64,000 nt of DNA from an uncultured Gammaproteobacteria bacterium (GTDB lineage: Bacteria; Patescibacteriota; Microgenomatia; Levybacterales; UBA12049), in NCBI GenBank assembly GCA_964598355.1, contig CAZRBN010000001.1, positions 5,839-69,838 of the forward strand, given 5' to 3'. This document shows, piece by piece, positions 29,001 to 38,521 of this stretch (position 1 is the first letter of the stretch; each line of letters opens with the position of its first letter). A program made the position numbers and the translations under genes. Below the pieces are notes generated by a model, which had not been told where the DNA came from, did no database searches, and worked only from the letters and a program-made list of their open reading frames with translations.

Positions 29001-29545
29001 ACAGCCTGAGAACATTGCTGCACAAGAGCATACAGAAATTCTTGTTCTTCAACCGTAAATTCTTGTATTTCCTTAAAAGCGAAATTGACACATCCTAACA
29101 CTGTGTTACCAGCCAAAAATGGTATTGCAATAAAACCTTCTTTTTCTGTTTTAGTAAAAATATCAGCTATATGTGGATAGAGTTTTTTCTTTTCTTCAAA
29201 TGAACGAAGAAAGACTGGCTTACGCATTCGGATTGCGTCTTGAATGGGAGTGGGAACATCTTCTCGTAAAGTAGTTACCTTTTCAATCTGCTCCTTGCTG
29301 TACCCCATATATGCAGTAAGAGAGAGTTTTTTTTGCTCATCAAAAAGCCATACTGATCCAGCACTTGCATGAATTGTAGCAGCACCCAAGCTAACCACTA
29401 TTTCCGCTATTTGCTGACTAGTAACTGCTTGTGTAAGAGCTGTTGTGACGTATTGAAGACGATATAATCTATCACGAGCTTCCTCAGCTTCGTGAAGAAT
29501 AGTTTCTTCTGATAATAATATCTTTCCTTTTTTTGCGTTTCCCAC
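25997..29545 (-). CDS. Large cytoplasmic multi-sensor histidine kinase (3 GAF + 3 PAS + HisKA + HATPase_c)
   Basis: 1182 aa. H-box FISTASHELKTPITS and C-terminal G-boxes (DYGVGIEKNDQENIFEPFYR...GLGLGLHIS). Repeated GAF and PAS modules; no TM segments. Confidence 0.8.
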   Translation of the reverse strand: MGNAKKGKILLSEETILHEAEEARDRLYRLQYVTTALTQAVTSQQIAEIVVSLGAATIHASAGSVWLFDEQKKLSLTAYMGYSKEQIEKVTTLREDVPTPIQDAIRMRKPVFLRSFEEKKKLYPHIADIFTKTEKEGFIAIPFLAGNTVLGCVNFAFKEIQEFTVEEQEFLYALVQQCSQAVDRARLYDEELRQKNALTQVVDRIKALNTITVSLSKALTPKEIGKIIIEEAIKGLNAIGGEITVLSEDRKNIKILTFAGYPTSFTKSGTGTWMEASVNQPLLMMDVIKTKLPLMITDFSSLSQEYVVMRQFAHRIDCNAGALMPLVAENNSVGVLGLFFKHHNKFTKDETEFLITLSQLFTQAYERAKMYEEEKSQKEYLRIVLKRIESLQHITSLLSKAVTLQQVLQTIMKEGMKILGANGGEVALLSEDKKTLRIVAYRGYPKYYIDKNIKKKDEFSEKEPLIMWEVLKKNYPFYISNIFDFPSHYTVAKKFVDATNFKSQATVPLSVGGEVLGCLQLLFDKTVSFTEEDKSFIMSLAQQTSQAIERSNIYEKEKRITESLRQSEENWRQLAETIPQLVWTGDKIGKSEYYNMRWEEYTGISQEKLIEKDLWLEVLHPDDKKFVHEQWEKARREKKPYEVEFRIRNKKGEYRWFLSKAVPIKNRKGIITRWFGTETDIHEKKLVTQEIERREARFRALIEYSSDAIVLTDANGTIIYSSPSTKRVTGYSPEEQLKKSMVSAIYPKDQEKVKMFIKELVSSPGDQLLPITYRRINKNGSIPWMEGVGRNMLHNQNIKALVINYRDITERIEYETTIKQSKDELEIIFENVADAVVVWDAKGDILYVNHAAAKLNRYSSIEEFVEDISYDNYLSRFEKIVDEEGHLLSEDQMTLHRTMREKKPTQITMCVTFRDTHENQWRQVTSAPIFDDAGNILLIVSVAQDITEEKQKEKLKDEFISTASHELKTPITSAKLYAGILSERIQQLGDQKTYTMITKLDVQLDRLTKLINDLLDVTKIKSGKIMFNKEKVAIENLLKDTIEEIQYTTVTHKLNLIGESKKIILLDKERMRQVIINLLTNAIKYSPDADTVDVLLTEDNKGVTICVKDYGVGIEKNDQENIFEPFYRSPIRNGQNFPGLGLGLHISSEIVKRHEGKMWVESSVGQGTKIYVYLPLKQHNHE

Positions 29546-30021
29546 GGTAAATAGACCGCTTTTGTGGCAGTAATCTTAGCATATCATACTTCCTATTATG
29601 AAACCTCCGTAAACAAAAAGATAATAACTCCAATGATGATAATTAAAACCACAATGTTAGAAAGTCCCGCAAAAAAAAATACCGAGCAACGACAAAATCC
29701 ATAAAAGAAGTAATACTCTAGCAATTTCTCGAAAAGGACGTGGAAGAATACCAATCATTGCCAATACAACAGCTAACACTAGTAGATTTCATAAAGAAAT
29801 AGGATGCCCATTTATGGAAAATAGTATGGGGTTAGGAATAGCAAAAAGTATGATAGGAATATATCCAAGTACCCATAATACAACAAGAATAAGAAGTAAC
29901 GCTAATAACACACAGACATTCTATTCATTCAACCATACAAGCGTATACAAAATAAGTAAGAATACCTTAAGATTTTTTGGTTTGAATAGTGAAAAACAGT
30001 AATCTGTGGTATTATACATGT

Positions 30022-30564
30022 ATGACAGAGCTTGCAACATTCGCCAGTGGCTGTTTCTGGTGTACAGAGGCAATTTTTAAAAGACTGAAAGGAATTATTT
30101 CAGTGACTTCTGGATACGCCGGAGGAAACAGCAAAGATCCAAGTTATGAACAGGTTTCAACTGGAGCAACAGGACATGCAGAAAGTCTTCAAATAAAATT
30201 TGACCCATCAATTATTCCGTATCATCACTTACTCGATATTTTCTGGCATACGCATAATCCAACCACTCTGAATCAACAAGGTGCTGATAGAGGGACACAG
30301 TATCGCTCTATTATTTTTTATCATTCAGATGAGCAAAAAAAAATTGCCGAAAATTCAAAAGAAGAATTAGAAAAGTCAGGTACGTATAAAGATCCTATTG
30401 TTACAGAAATCGTTCCATTTACTAACTTCTATCCTGCAGAAGATTACCATAAGGATTATTATGACACGAACAAATCTGCGCCTTATTGCACATTTGTCAT
30501 CGACCCAAAAATACAAAAACTGCTAAAAGAATTTGGAAATGATGTAAAAGAAGAATATAAGTAA
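30022..30564 (+). CDS. msrA: Peptide methionine sulfoxide reductase MsrA
   Basis: ATFASGCFWCTEAIF is the catalytic GCFWC motif. ...GHAESLQIKFDP...HNPTTLNQQGADRGTQYRS. The ORF track opens at 29989; M at 30022 fits the family N-terminus better. Confidence 0.85.
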   Translation: MTELATFASGCFWCTEAIFKRLKGIISVTSGYAGGNSKDPSYEQVSTGATGHAESLQIKFDPSIIPYHHLLDIFWHTHNPTTLNQQGADRGTQYRSIIFYHSDEQKKIAENSKEELEKSGTYKDPIVTEIVPFTNFYPAEDYHKDYYDTNKSAPYCTFVIDPKIQKLLKEFGNDVKEEYK

Positions 30565-33075
30565 TTAAGCACTCGGAAGTGAAAGGGTAAAAACAGATCC
30601 TTTCCCTAACGTACTTTCAACGCTTATATCACCTCCATGTTTGGTAACAATATCCCGTGTTATATAAAGTCCCATTCCTAATCCTGGATAGGTACTTTCT
30701 CTTTTCCCAAGAACACGGTAGTACGGTTTGAAAATATTGTGGAGATCTTTTTCTGGAATTCCTATTCCTGAATCCTTCACTGAAAGATGCACATACGCAC
30801 CCTTTTTAGAAAGCGTAAGAATTATTTCCTTCTTATCTTGTGAATATTTTGCTGCATTAGACAGAAGATTGGCCAAGACTTGTTCCATTCTGTACCTATC
30901 TATAGTAACAATACTATCTGTTTTGCCTTTTACAATAAGATGAAAATCCGGAAGAAGTTCTTGATACTGATCGATAAACTCCTTTATAAAAAAATCAAAG
31001 TATATTTCTTTTAATTGTAACGATAGCTTGCCTTGCTGAATAGTCGATTGATCCAATAAATCAGATACAAGTTGCTGTAGCTTATCAATTTGTTCTGCTG
31101 CTTTGGTAACATACTCTGTTTGCTTCCTCGTATCAAGTTTTTTAATATCTGACAGCAAATGCATATAGATTTTAAGACTCGTTAATGGTGTTTTTAACTC
31201 ATGGGATGCCATACTAATAAAGTTATTTTTTCTAACATCTATATCTTTAAATTCTGTAATATCTTGCAACACATTAATGACCAATGGATTTTTTCCATGA
31301 CCTTTATAAATGACTGTTGAAGTAATAGTTAACCAACGAGATTTATTTGTTTTTTTATTAACAAACTTTATTGTTACTTGAACAGTTTTACCAGTTTCGA
31401 ATGCCTTTCTACCTGGCATATTTTCTAGTGGAAATTTTTTACCATACTCATCTTGTAAATCAAATTTATAAATATATTCAAATCGGGGAGATTTCATCAT
31501 CTGTTCTATTGATTCGTATCCTAGCAAATGCATTGCTTCTTTATTTGCATACACAAGAGTGCTTTCACTATCCTGGACTATAACTCCATTAGGAATATTT
31601 TTCAGAATAGCCTCTAATTCCTGCTGTGTATCAATAACTTGTTGCTGAATATTTTTTTCTTCTGTACTATTTCTGTTATACACTGCAATACCTTCAATAC
31701 TTGGATAGATATAATTTTCATACCACATGTTGTGAGATGGATAATATTGAGTCACTGTCATCGGAGTTCTATTTTTCATGACCTGACGCATCGCCTTCCC
31801 TATCTCCAACTTTTCTACATCTGGAAAAACATTCCAAACAGTTTTTCCTAGAACATCATCTCTTTTGATATGCCCCATTTCTTCTCCTTTTTTATTTACA
31901 TATACATAACGCCACTCTTTATCCATAGCATAGTATCCGTAATTAAAATTCTCAACAATTTCCGTAATCTTTCTATTTTTTCCTTCAAGTTCTAATTCAT
32001 ATAATTTTTTGTCTGTAATATCACGAAAATTTGAAACAATACCTTTCACTGCTGCATCAGCAAGGAAATTTGATGAATTTGCTTCTATCCAACGCCATTC
32101 ACCCTTTTTATTTTTTACACGAAATTCTCCTTTTATATTCTTTTCTTTTGTAAACAGCATTTTACGAATATTCATTATAAGAGGGAAATCATCTGGGTGA
32201 ATGATTTTTTGTAAGGACATTTTCAAAAACTCATCCTGAGAATATCCTAAAATTTTTTTTATAGATGATGAAACATACGTGAATTTTAAATTTCCATTAC
32301 TTACAAGGATTCCATCTGAACTATTTTCAATAAGAGATCTGAACTTTTTTTCATTCATTAAAAGATCTCTTTTCACTGATTCATGTTCTGTTATATCCCT
32401 GTTAATCTCTAAGATTTTTGTTGTATCGCCTACATGTAATAAGGACCAGCGACTTTGAATAATAAGTTCTTTACCTTTTTTGGTAATGTGTTTTATAGTA
32501 CCTTCCCATGTTTTTTTCTTCTCAATTTCTTTATGAATTTTTTCAAGAGAAATAGGATATACTGTCTTCAGAATAGTATCTCCATGCTTACCAATAACTT
32601 CATTGCTCTTCCACCCATATAAATCTTCTGACCCTTTATTCCAAAAAACTATTTTATTATTTTTATCCATAATGAAAATCGCCTCATGAGACAGTTCTAT
32701 AAGTTTTGCTTTTTCAATAAGATCTTCTTCAAGTTTATGTCTATTGGTAATGTCTGTATAAAAGATCACTATCCCTTGACTAGTCTTGTAGGCATTCCCT
32801 CGAAGCCATTGCTTACCACCTGATGAATAATATTCCCAGGTATAAGGTTTGCCGGTTTTGAGAACTATTTGAAGGGGCTTTCCTAATTTTGTATGTAAAA
32901 TGCCTGGGAAAATATCAGTTACTTTCTTTCCCAAAACATCCTCTTTTATCTTATTAATAATCTCGCAAGCTCTTTTATTGATATACGTGTATCGCAGTTC
33001 ATTATCAAACGTAATAATAGCGTCATTAATAGAATCAAACAGAGAAACGAGATGATTATTGCCATCAAAGTCCAT
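30565..33075 (-). CDS. Cytoplasmic multi-PAS sensor histidine kinase
   Basis: 836 aa with about 5 PAS/PAC modules, H-box ISMASHELKTPLTS and an HATPase_c domain with DSGIGIPEKDLHNIFKPYYR. Its stop abuts the msrA stop (convergent, 0-bp gap). Confidence 0.8.
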   Translation of the reverse strand: MDFDGNNHLVSLFDSINDAIITFDNELRYTYINKRACEIINKIKEDVLGKKVTDIFPGILHTKLGKPLQIVLKTGKPYTWEYYSSGGKQWLRGNAYKTSQGIVIFYTDITNRHKLEEDLIEKAKLIELSHEAIFIMDKNNKIVFWNKGSEDLYGWKSNEVIGKHGDTILKTVYPISLEKIHKEIEKKKTWEGTIKHITKKGKELIIQSRWSLLHVGDTTKILEINRDITEHESVKRDLLMNEKKFRSLIENSSDGILVSNGNLKFTYVSSSIKKILGYSQDEFLKMSLQKIIHPDDFPLIMNIRKMLFTKEKNIKGEFRVKNKKGEWRWIEANSSNFLADAAVKGIVSNFRDITDKKLYELELEGKNRKITEIVENFNYGYYAMDKEWRYVYVNKKGEEMGHIKRDDVLGKTVWNVFPDVEKLEIGKAMRQVMKNRTPMTVTQYYPSHNMWYENYIYPSIEGIAVYNRNSTEEKNIQQQVIDTQQELEAILKNIPNGVIVQDSESTLVYANKEAMHLLGYESIEQMMKSPRFEYIYKFDLQDEYGKKFPLENMPGRKAFETGKTVQVTIKFVNKKTNKSRWLTITSTVIYKGHGKNPLVINVLQDITEFKDIDVRKNNFISMASHELKTPLTSLKIYMHLLSDIKKLDTRKQTEYVTKAAEQIDKLQQLVSDLLDQSTIQQGKLSLQLKEIYFDFFIKEFIDQYQELLPDFHLIVKGKTDSIVTIDRYRMEQVLANLLSNAAKYSQDKKEIILTLSKKGAYVHLSVKDSGIGIPEKDLHNIFKPYYRVLGKRESTYPGLGMGLYITRDIVTKHGGDISVESTLGKGSVFTLSLPSA

Positions 33076-33202
33076 AGAAAAGTATGTTTAGCATACCACA
33101 GAAAAGATAAAATCTGAAGCTATTTTTTGAGAAATACTAGTGAGGAAATACTTAAGAGAACAACTCCCTTAAGCAAAATGAGACAAGTATATACAAACTA
33201 CG

Positions 33203-33775
33203 TTATTGTGTTTCTTCTCTTCCTTTTTTTAAAAGTGTAGCATACCAAATAAGTTGAGGTATCATTGCATCTGCTTGAGATTGAAGATGTTCTGTTTTTA
33301 ACCTTCCCTTTTCATCAAGCTGTGTCCAGTAAAGAGGAATATGCACTCCTGCTCGAATTGGTGTCATCTGCAATTCGATAGCAACTTGTCGAAGCTGTTG
33401 AACAGCTCTTGTACCGCCAGCAATTCCTCCATAGCTAACAAAAGCGATGGGTTTGTTATTCCATTGTTTGTAGACATAATCCAAAGCATTTTTCAAAACA
33501 GCGGAGTATCCATGATTGTATTCAGGAGTTACGATAACGTATGCATCTGCTTCACCAATTTTATCAGCCCATTTTGCAGCTAATTCATTTGTATATTTTC
33601 CACCCGAGGTAGAGGGAGACATAGGCTCATCAAAGAAAGGAAGAGGCCAGTCACGTAAATCAAGAAGCTCTACATCAAGACCTTTTTGTTTTTTTAATTC
33701 TGAAAAAATCCACTGGGCTGGTTGTTCTCCAAAACGCTTTTGTCTAGTACTTCCGATAATTACCTGCACCTTCAT
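33203..33775 (-). CDS. NAD(P)H-dependent FMN reductase family oxidoreductase (flavodoxin-like fold)
   Basis: MKVQVIIGSTRQKRFG...YVIVTPEYNHGYSAVLKNALD is the NADPH-dependent FMN reductase signature. Confidence 0.7.
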   Translation of the reverse strand: MKVQVIIGSTRQKRFGEQPAQWIFSELKKQKGLDVELLDLRDWPLPFFDEPMSPSTSGGKYTNELAAKWADKIGEADAYVIVTPEYNHGYSAVLKNALDYVYKQWNNKPIAFVSYGGIAGGTRAVQQLRQVAIELQMTPIRAGVHIPLYWTQLDEKGRLKTEHLQSQADAMIPQLIWYATLLKKGREETQ

Positions 33776-33839
33776 CTTATTTGCATGATACGCTCTTATA
33801 CTTTACTTTGTAAAGTAGTTACCTTTTCTAAAGTATATC

Positions 33840-34538
33840 TTATTCTTGGATAGTATAGGTAAGAATAACTTGAAGAGTTGGTAAGGATTGCTCTCCACTC
33901 AGTAATGTTACATGATTTTTCTTATCTATAATAAATAAGGCAGGCAATTGACTAACTCCTGCAGTTTCTCCGGTTAATTTTTCCTGTTGTACTCGACTCG
34001 TCATTTCTCCTGTATCCAAACACTTCATGAATGATGTTTCTGAAATCCCCAATTCCTTCGATAACGGAATCAGTTTTCCCAATGCAAAACCTTCTCCACC
34101 TTCTATACCTGCTGTTCTTTTGAAAATCTCATCAGTATATCTCCAATATATACCTTGTCCTCCAATTTTTCCTGCACATAAAAAACCTACTGCTTCTATC
34201 TTGGCATTTATATATACGGGGAGAGGAAACATACTTTCGACAAAGCGAATATCTTTTCCATATTGCTTAAGAAGTCTTTGAAAAACAGGATGCATTCTCT
34301 GACAAGAAGGACACTCAAAATCTGAATATTCAATAAGGGTTACAGCTGCTTGCGTATTACCAGTTGTATAAGCTGAAGATCCAACTTTTTCAAGATTTCC
34401 TTGAGGAGTTTGGAGGGTATTAGGTGGAAGAGCAGCAAAGGCTTTTTGACGATTTTCAAGATAACTAACTCGCATAAACAACGAAATAAGAATTATAGAG
34501 AGCACTCCTAATCCCAAAAAAAGAACCACTTTTTTCAT
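33840..34538 (-). CDS. Membrane-anchored DsbA-like thiol:disulfide oxidoreductase
   Basis: N-terminal TM, then YSDFECPSCQRMH, a thioredoxin-fold CxxC active site. 232 aa. Confidence 0.7.
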   Translation of the reverse strand: MKKVVLFLGLGVLSIILISLFMRVSYLENRQKAFAALPPNTLQTPQGNLEKVGSSAYTTGNTQAAVTLIEYSDFECPSCQRMHPVFQRLLKQYGKDIRFVESMFPLPVYINAKIEAVGFLCAGKIGGQGIYWRYTDEIFKRTAGIEGGEGFALGKLIPLSKELGISETSFMKCLDTGEMTSRVQQEKLTGETAGVSQLPALFIIDKKNHVTLLSGEQSLPTLQVILTYTIQE

Positions 34539-34606
34539 ATCGTTATTGTACCAAAGAAACGTATGATTTCCTCATCATACGTTTCTTCTTTCAACGTTAC
34601 ACAGTT

Positions 34607-35032
34607 TCACTTCGTTGGATGAGGTGTTACTCTTATTTGCATTTGTTGAGGATTCAGCTGAATATTTTGTGCTGTAACAGACCCATCTGCATTCTGGTTT
34701 CCAAATATCATTACCTGCTTTCCCGTTTGCAGTGCATCTTTTCCTGCACTTGTTGCTTCAGTGATAGATGTGTTAACAGATACAACAATAATCTTACTTG
34801 ATCCGTCCATCATCTTTACCGTAATAGTATTGGCATCTGCACTAATAATTTCGCCTCTGATTGGTCGAGCATTCCCAGATTGGCCACCAAATCGTCTCCC
34901 TCCGTTTTGCGTCATTCCTGCTTGGCCAAAAAATGTTACCTTTTGCATTTTTTGATATTGCATACCTCCAAAAAATGCTCCTGCACCAACAAGAACAACA
35001 ATGACAATTGTTATTATCCAATGATTTTTCAT
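34607..35032 (-). CDS. Secreted/anchored hypothetical protein
   Basis: 141 aa with an N-terminal signal/TM and a Gly/Gln-rich linker. No recognisable family. Confidence 0.4.
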   Translation of the reverse strand: MKNHWIITIVIVVLVGAGAFFGGMQYQKMQKVTFFGQAGMTQNGGRRFGGQSGNARPIRGEIISADANTITVKMMDGSSKIIVVSVNTSITEATSAGKDALQTGKQVMIFGNQNADGSVTAQNIQLNPQQMQIRVTPHPTK

Positions 35033-35129
35033 AATTCACCTCCTTCCTCCGAAATTCATCGTTCATAGGTATTAGTTCATTGCTATTTTTTGATCTATGA
35101 ACTGTGAACCATGAATAACGAACTACTTT

Positions 35130-36356
35130 CTATTCATACCTCAGTGCTTCAATCGGTTGTAAGTTCGCTGCTCGTTGTGCTGGATACCACCCAAAAAGAA
35201 TCCCTATCCCTCCAGAAACAATCGTTGCTAAAAGAATTGATGAAACAGATACAACAAAAGGAGAACTAGTAAGTGTTGCTATGACAAACGATACAATGAT
35301 TCCAATAATCATGCCAAAAATTCCTCCGATAAACGTTAAAATAACAGACTCTAAAAGAAATTGTGTAATAATAATTTTTTTCTTTGCACCAAGTGCTTTT
35401 CGCAAACCTATTTCCCGTGTACGCTCAGTAACAGTAACAAGCATAATATTCATAATGCCGATTCCACCTACCAGCAAGGAAATAGCAGCAATACCGGCAA
35501 GAAGAGATGTAAAGCTTCCTGTTGTTTGGGACGCTGTATTTAAAATATCCTGTTGAGAAAAGATAGAAAAATCAGCTTGAGCCGGATCAGCTAATTTATG
35601 CCTTGCTAAAAGCACATATCCTACCTGATTTTGTGCATCAACCATAACATCCGGACTTTTTGCTTCGAGAGCAATTGATGAAAGGTAGCTCTGTCCAAAT
35701 AATTGCTTTTGTGCAGTAGATAAAGGAACATAGACAATACTATCTTGATTTAAGAAGCCAGTTCCTCCTTTACTGACAGTAATACCAATAATAGTAAACG
35801 TTTGACCACTCATACGAACAGTTTGCCCGACAGGATCTGAACCATCAGGAAAAAGTGTACTAACAACTTGAGGCCCTAATACCGCAACTTTCTTCATCGC
35901 ATCCACATCACGTTGACTAATAAATGATCCTTCCTGCATGTCGACTTTATGAACAGTTGGATAGACAGAGGTTGATCCAATAACCTGAGCATTCATGTTT
36001 TCTTTTCCTGTTGTTATCTGAATTCGCTTTGATACTTCAGGTGAAACATTTTGAATGGTTGTAACTGTCGCAGAGGCCTTAATGGCATCAGCATCAGAAA
36101 CAGTCAGCGTTGTCCCACCACCGGCTGCACCTCTTACTGCTCCTGTATTTTGCCCACCGGGAATAACTGTGAGTAAATTCGCTCCCAGTGACTGAATTTG
36201 AGATTGTACTTGCTGTTGAGTTGCCTGACCCAACGAAACGAGCGCAATAACACTCCCAATACCAATCACAATACCTAGAATAGCTAATCCTGTTCGAAGT
36301 TTGTTAACTGTTAATGTGCCAATACTTTCTACAAGTGTTTCTTTAAAATCGTCCAT
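35130..36356 (-). CDS. ABC exporter permease, MacB/FtsX-like
   Basis: 408 aa. N-terminal TM, a large extracytoplasmic domain, and a C-terminal FtsX 3-TM bundle with the typical ...TERTREIGLRKALGAKKKIIITQFLLES motif. Confidence 0.8.
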   Translation of the reverse strand: MDDFKETLVESIGTLTVNKLRTGLAILGIVIGIGSVIALVSLGQATQQQVQSQIQSLGANLLTVIPGGQNTGAVRGAAGGGTTLTVSDADAIKASATVTTIQNVSPEVSKRIQITTGKENMNAQVIGSTSVYPTVHKVDMQEGSFISQRDVDAMKKVAVLGPQVVSTLFPDGSDPVGQTVRMSGQTFTIIGITVSKGGTGFLNQDSIVYVPLSTAQKQLFGQSYLSSIALEAKSPDVMVDAQNQVGYVLLARHKLADPAQADFSIFSQQDILNTASQTTGSFTSLLAGIAAISLLVGGIGIMNIMLVTVTERTREIGLRKALGAKKKIIITQFLLESVILTFIGGIFGMIIGIIVSFVIATLTSSPFVVSVSSILLATIVSGGIGILFGWYPAQRAANLQPIEALRYE

Positions 36357-36371
36357 ATATAAAATTAAAAA

Positions 36372-37082
36372 TTATCTTTTTGCCATTGTCTGTTTTTTAT
36401 TTATCTCATCTTCTATTATATTTCCGTCTCTAATATGAATAATTCTTTTTGCATGGGCTGCAATATCTGGTTCATGAGTAATCATAACAATGGTATGACC
36501 CTGTTTGTTTAGCTCCTGAAAAACTGCCATAACTTCTTCTGCTTGAGCAGAGGCAATATTCCCAGTTGGCTCATCAGCAAGTAACAGTGCGGGATTCATA
36601 ACAAGTGATCGTGCAATAGCAACACGTTGTTGTTGCCCTCCAGAAATTTGATTGCTTGTATGATACATTCGTTCTGTAAGACCAACCATCTGGATATATT
36701 TTTCTGCAGTTTTTTTCCGTTCTTCCAAAGGAACTCCTGCATATCTCATTGGTAACATAACATTTTGTAATACTGTAGTACGAGGTAGCAAATTAAATGC
36801 CTGGAAAATAAAACCTATTTTCCTGTTACGGATATCTGCTAAATCATCGTCAGTGAGGTTCTCAACATTTTCTCCATCTAATATATATATTCCACTACTT
36901 GGAGTATCAAGTGCTCCGAGAATATGCATCAGTGTTGATTTTCCGCTTCCTGAAGGTCCCATGATTGCCACAAATTCGCCTTTTTTAATAGAAAACGAAA
37001 TATCGCCAAGTGCAATTGTTTCCATTGCTTCTGTTTTGTAGACTTTTGATAAATGAGAGACCGAAATTATTGAAGTAGTCAT
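36372..37082 (-). CDS. ABC transporter ATP-binding protein (MacB/LolD-type)
   Basis: Walker A GPSGSGKST, signature LSGGQQQRVAIARSL, Walker B LLLADEPTGN. Confidence 0.85.
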   Translation of the reverse strand: MTTSIISVSHLSKVYKTEAMETIALGDISFSIKKGEFVAIMGPSGSGKSTLMHILGALDTPSSGIYILDGENVENLTDDDLADIRNRKIGFIFQAFNLLPRTTVLQNVMLPMRYAGVPLEERKKTAEKYIQMVGLTERMYHTSNQISGGQQQRVAIARSLVMNPALLLADEPTGNIASAQAEEVMAVFQELNKQGHTIVMITHEPDIAAHAKRIIHIRDGNIIEDEINKKQTMAKR

Positions 37083-37190
37083 ATATTATTTTCGTTCTCA
37101 GTTTTTGGAATTTAGTTGATCTGTTATCTATTTATCAGACCGACAAACAGATAACTAGTTAATAACTATCTGAGAAACGAGAAGTAAAAA

Positions 37191-38513
37191 TTATCCTCCC
37201 TTTGCGCCTCTTCCTCCACCACCATTAATAAATACTCTATTACCTCCTCCAAACCCAGATCCACCAAAAGGAGAGGATGTTACACGGCTACCTGTACTTT
37301 GCGTTGTAACACTAGTTACGACAGTATCTCCTTCAGAAAGACCAGTCGTTATTTCAGTTTGTGTATCATTTGCATCTCCTGTTTGAACAGATACTGATTG
37401 TATCTGACCGTTTTTCAACACTCTTACCGTTGTTTGACCACTTGAGGTTTGGATAGCTGTTGACGGAATAAGAAGTATACTGTCTTTTACTTCAGTAATA
37501 ATTTTTGCGTTGACTGCCATATTTGGGTAGATAGTTTTGTCTGATGTATCTAAGGTAATAACTGTGGGATAGGTTGTCACACCCGAACTGACTGTCCCCG
37601 AGGTATCAATTGATGAAACTTTACCAGTAAATGTTTTATTTGGAAATGCGTCTAGAGTAAGTGTAACTTTTTGACCAGTTTGCACGTGGGTCACATCAAT
37701 CTCAGAAAGGTTAACAGTTGCTTGTAGATTACCCGAAGGTAATGTAATAGTACCAAGAGACTGTGAAGATGTCGAAGAGTTGCTTGAATTTGAAGAACTT
37801 GATTGTGTTATAGGAAATCCTGAGGCAATAGAAAGACCACTTATTGTCCCACTCGCTGGAGCAGTAATAGTCGAGGCTAACTGCTGATAAGCAAACCATG
37901 CACCTGTCAAAGATGCTTGGGCTGCTGCAATAACTCCTTGTTGATTTGTATAATCTGCTTCTGCCTGTTGCCAATCAGCACTTTCTTCAATATATTTCGG
38001 GTCAGCAGTATTTGGATTTTGTGTCCCTTTATCATTGATAAAGGTTTGATTTGCTTTGAAAAGTGCTGATTGTAATGAATTCATTTTTGATTTTGCAGCA
38101 CTCAGTGTATTTTGTGCATTCAAATAGGTTGCCCATGCCTGAGCTTGCTTTTGTTGTGCATTTTGATCTAGCACAAGATCTGCAATTTTCTGTCCCTGCG
38201 TAACTGTATCACCATTACTAACAGAAACACTAGTTACAACTCCTGATGCTTGTGTGGTAATACTAACGGTGCTTCCAGAAGAGATAGTTCCTGATGCAGT
38301 AACGTTTGTAATAAGCGTCCCGCGTTCGACTTGAGAAGTTTGATATTGAGGTGCAGCTTGCTGTTTTGTAAGAAAAACCCACCCAGCAGTGAAAATAAGA
38401 AGCATGCCAATGATAATTACAATGACTTTTCTGCGATTCCCAAAAAATAATTTTTTAACCGTACTAAGCATACAAGTATACTCCACAATTCTAGACACCT
38501 TACCTGAGAACAA
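37191..38513 (-). CDS. HlyD/MacA-family periplasmic adaptor (membrane fusion) protein with a Gly-rich C-terminal tail
   Basis: N-terminal TM, a long coiled coil (QNAQQKQAQAW...LQSALFKANQ) and beta-barrel/lipoyl-like segments. The Gly-rich tail is GGSGFGGGNRVFINGGGGRGAKGG. Confidence 0.7.
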   Translation of the reverse strand: MFSGKVSRIVEYTCMLSTVKKLFFGNRRKVIVIIIGMLLIFTAGWVFLTKQQAAPQYQTSQVERGTLITNVTASGTISSGSTVSITTQASGVVTSVSVSNGDTVTQGQKIADLVLDQNAQQKQAQAWATYLNAQNTLSAAKSKMNSLQSALFKANQTFINDKGTQNPNTADPKYIEESADWQQAEADYTNQQGVIAAAQASLTGAWFAYQQLASTITAPASGTISGLSIASGFPITQSSSSNSSNSSTSSQSLGTITLPSGNLQATVNLSEIDVTHVQTGQKVTLTLDAFPNKTFTGKVSSIDTSGTVSSGVTTYPTVITLDTSDKTIYPNMAVNAKIITEVKDSILLIPSTAIQTSSGQTTVRVLKNGQIQSVSVQTGDANDTQTEITTGLSEGDTVVTSVTTQSTGSRVTSSPFGGSGFGGGNRVFINGGGGRGAKGG

Positions 38514-38521
38514 CCTGAATT

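Noticed and set aside
29597-29780. Possible small membrane-protein gene on the minus strand (MIGILPRPFREIARVLLLLWILSLLGIFF..., apparently frameshifted at an A9/T9 homopolymer at 29672-29680), plus the 62-codon ORF 29814..30002
   Set aside because: Both fragments are under 60 codons and no family is recognisable. The region more likely serves as the promoter/leader of the large kinase and of msrA.
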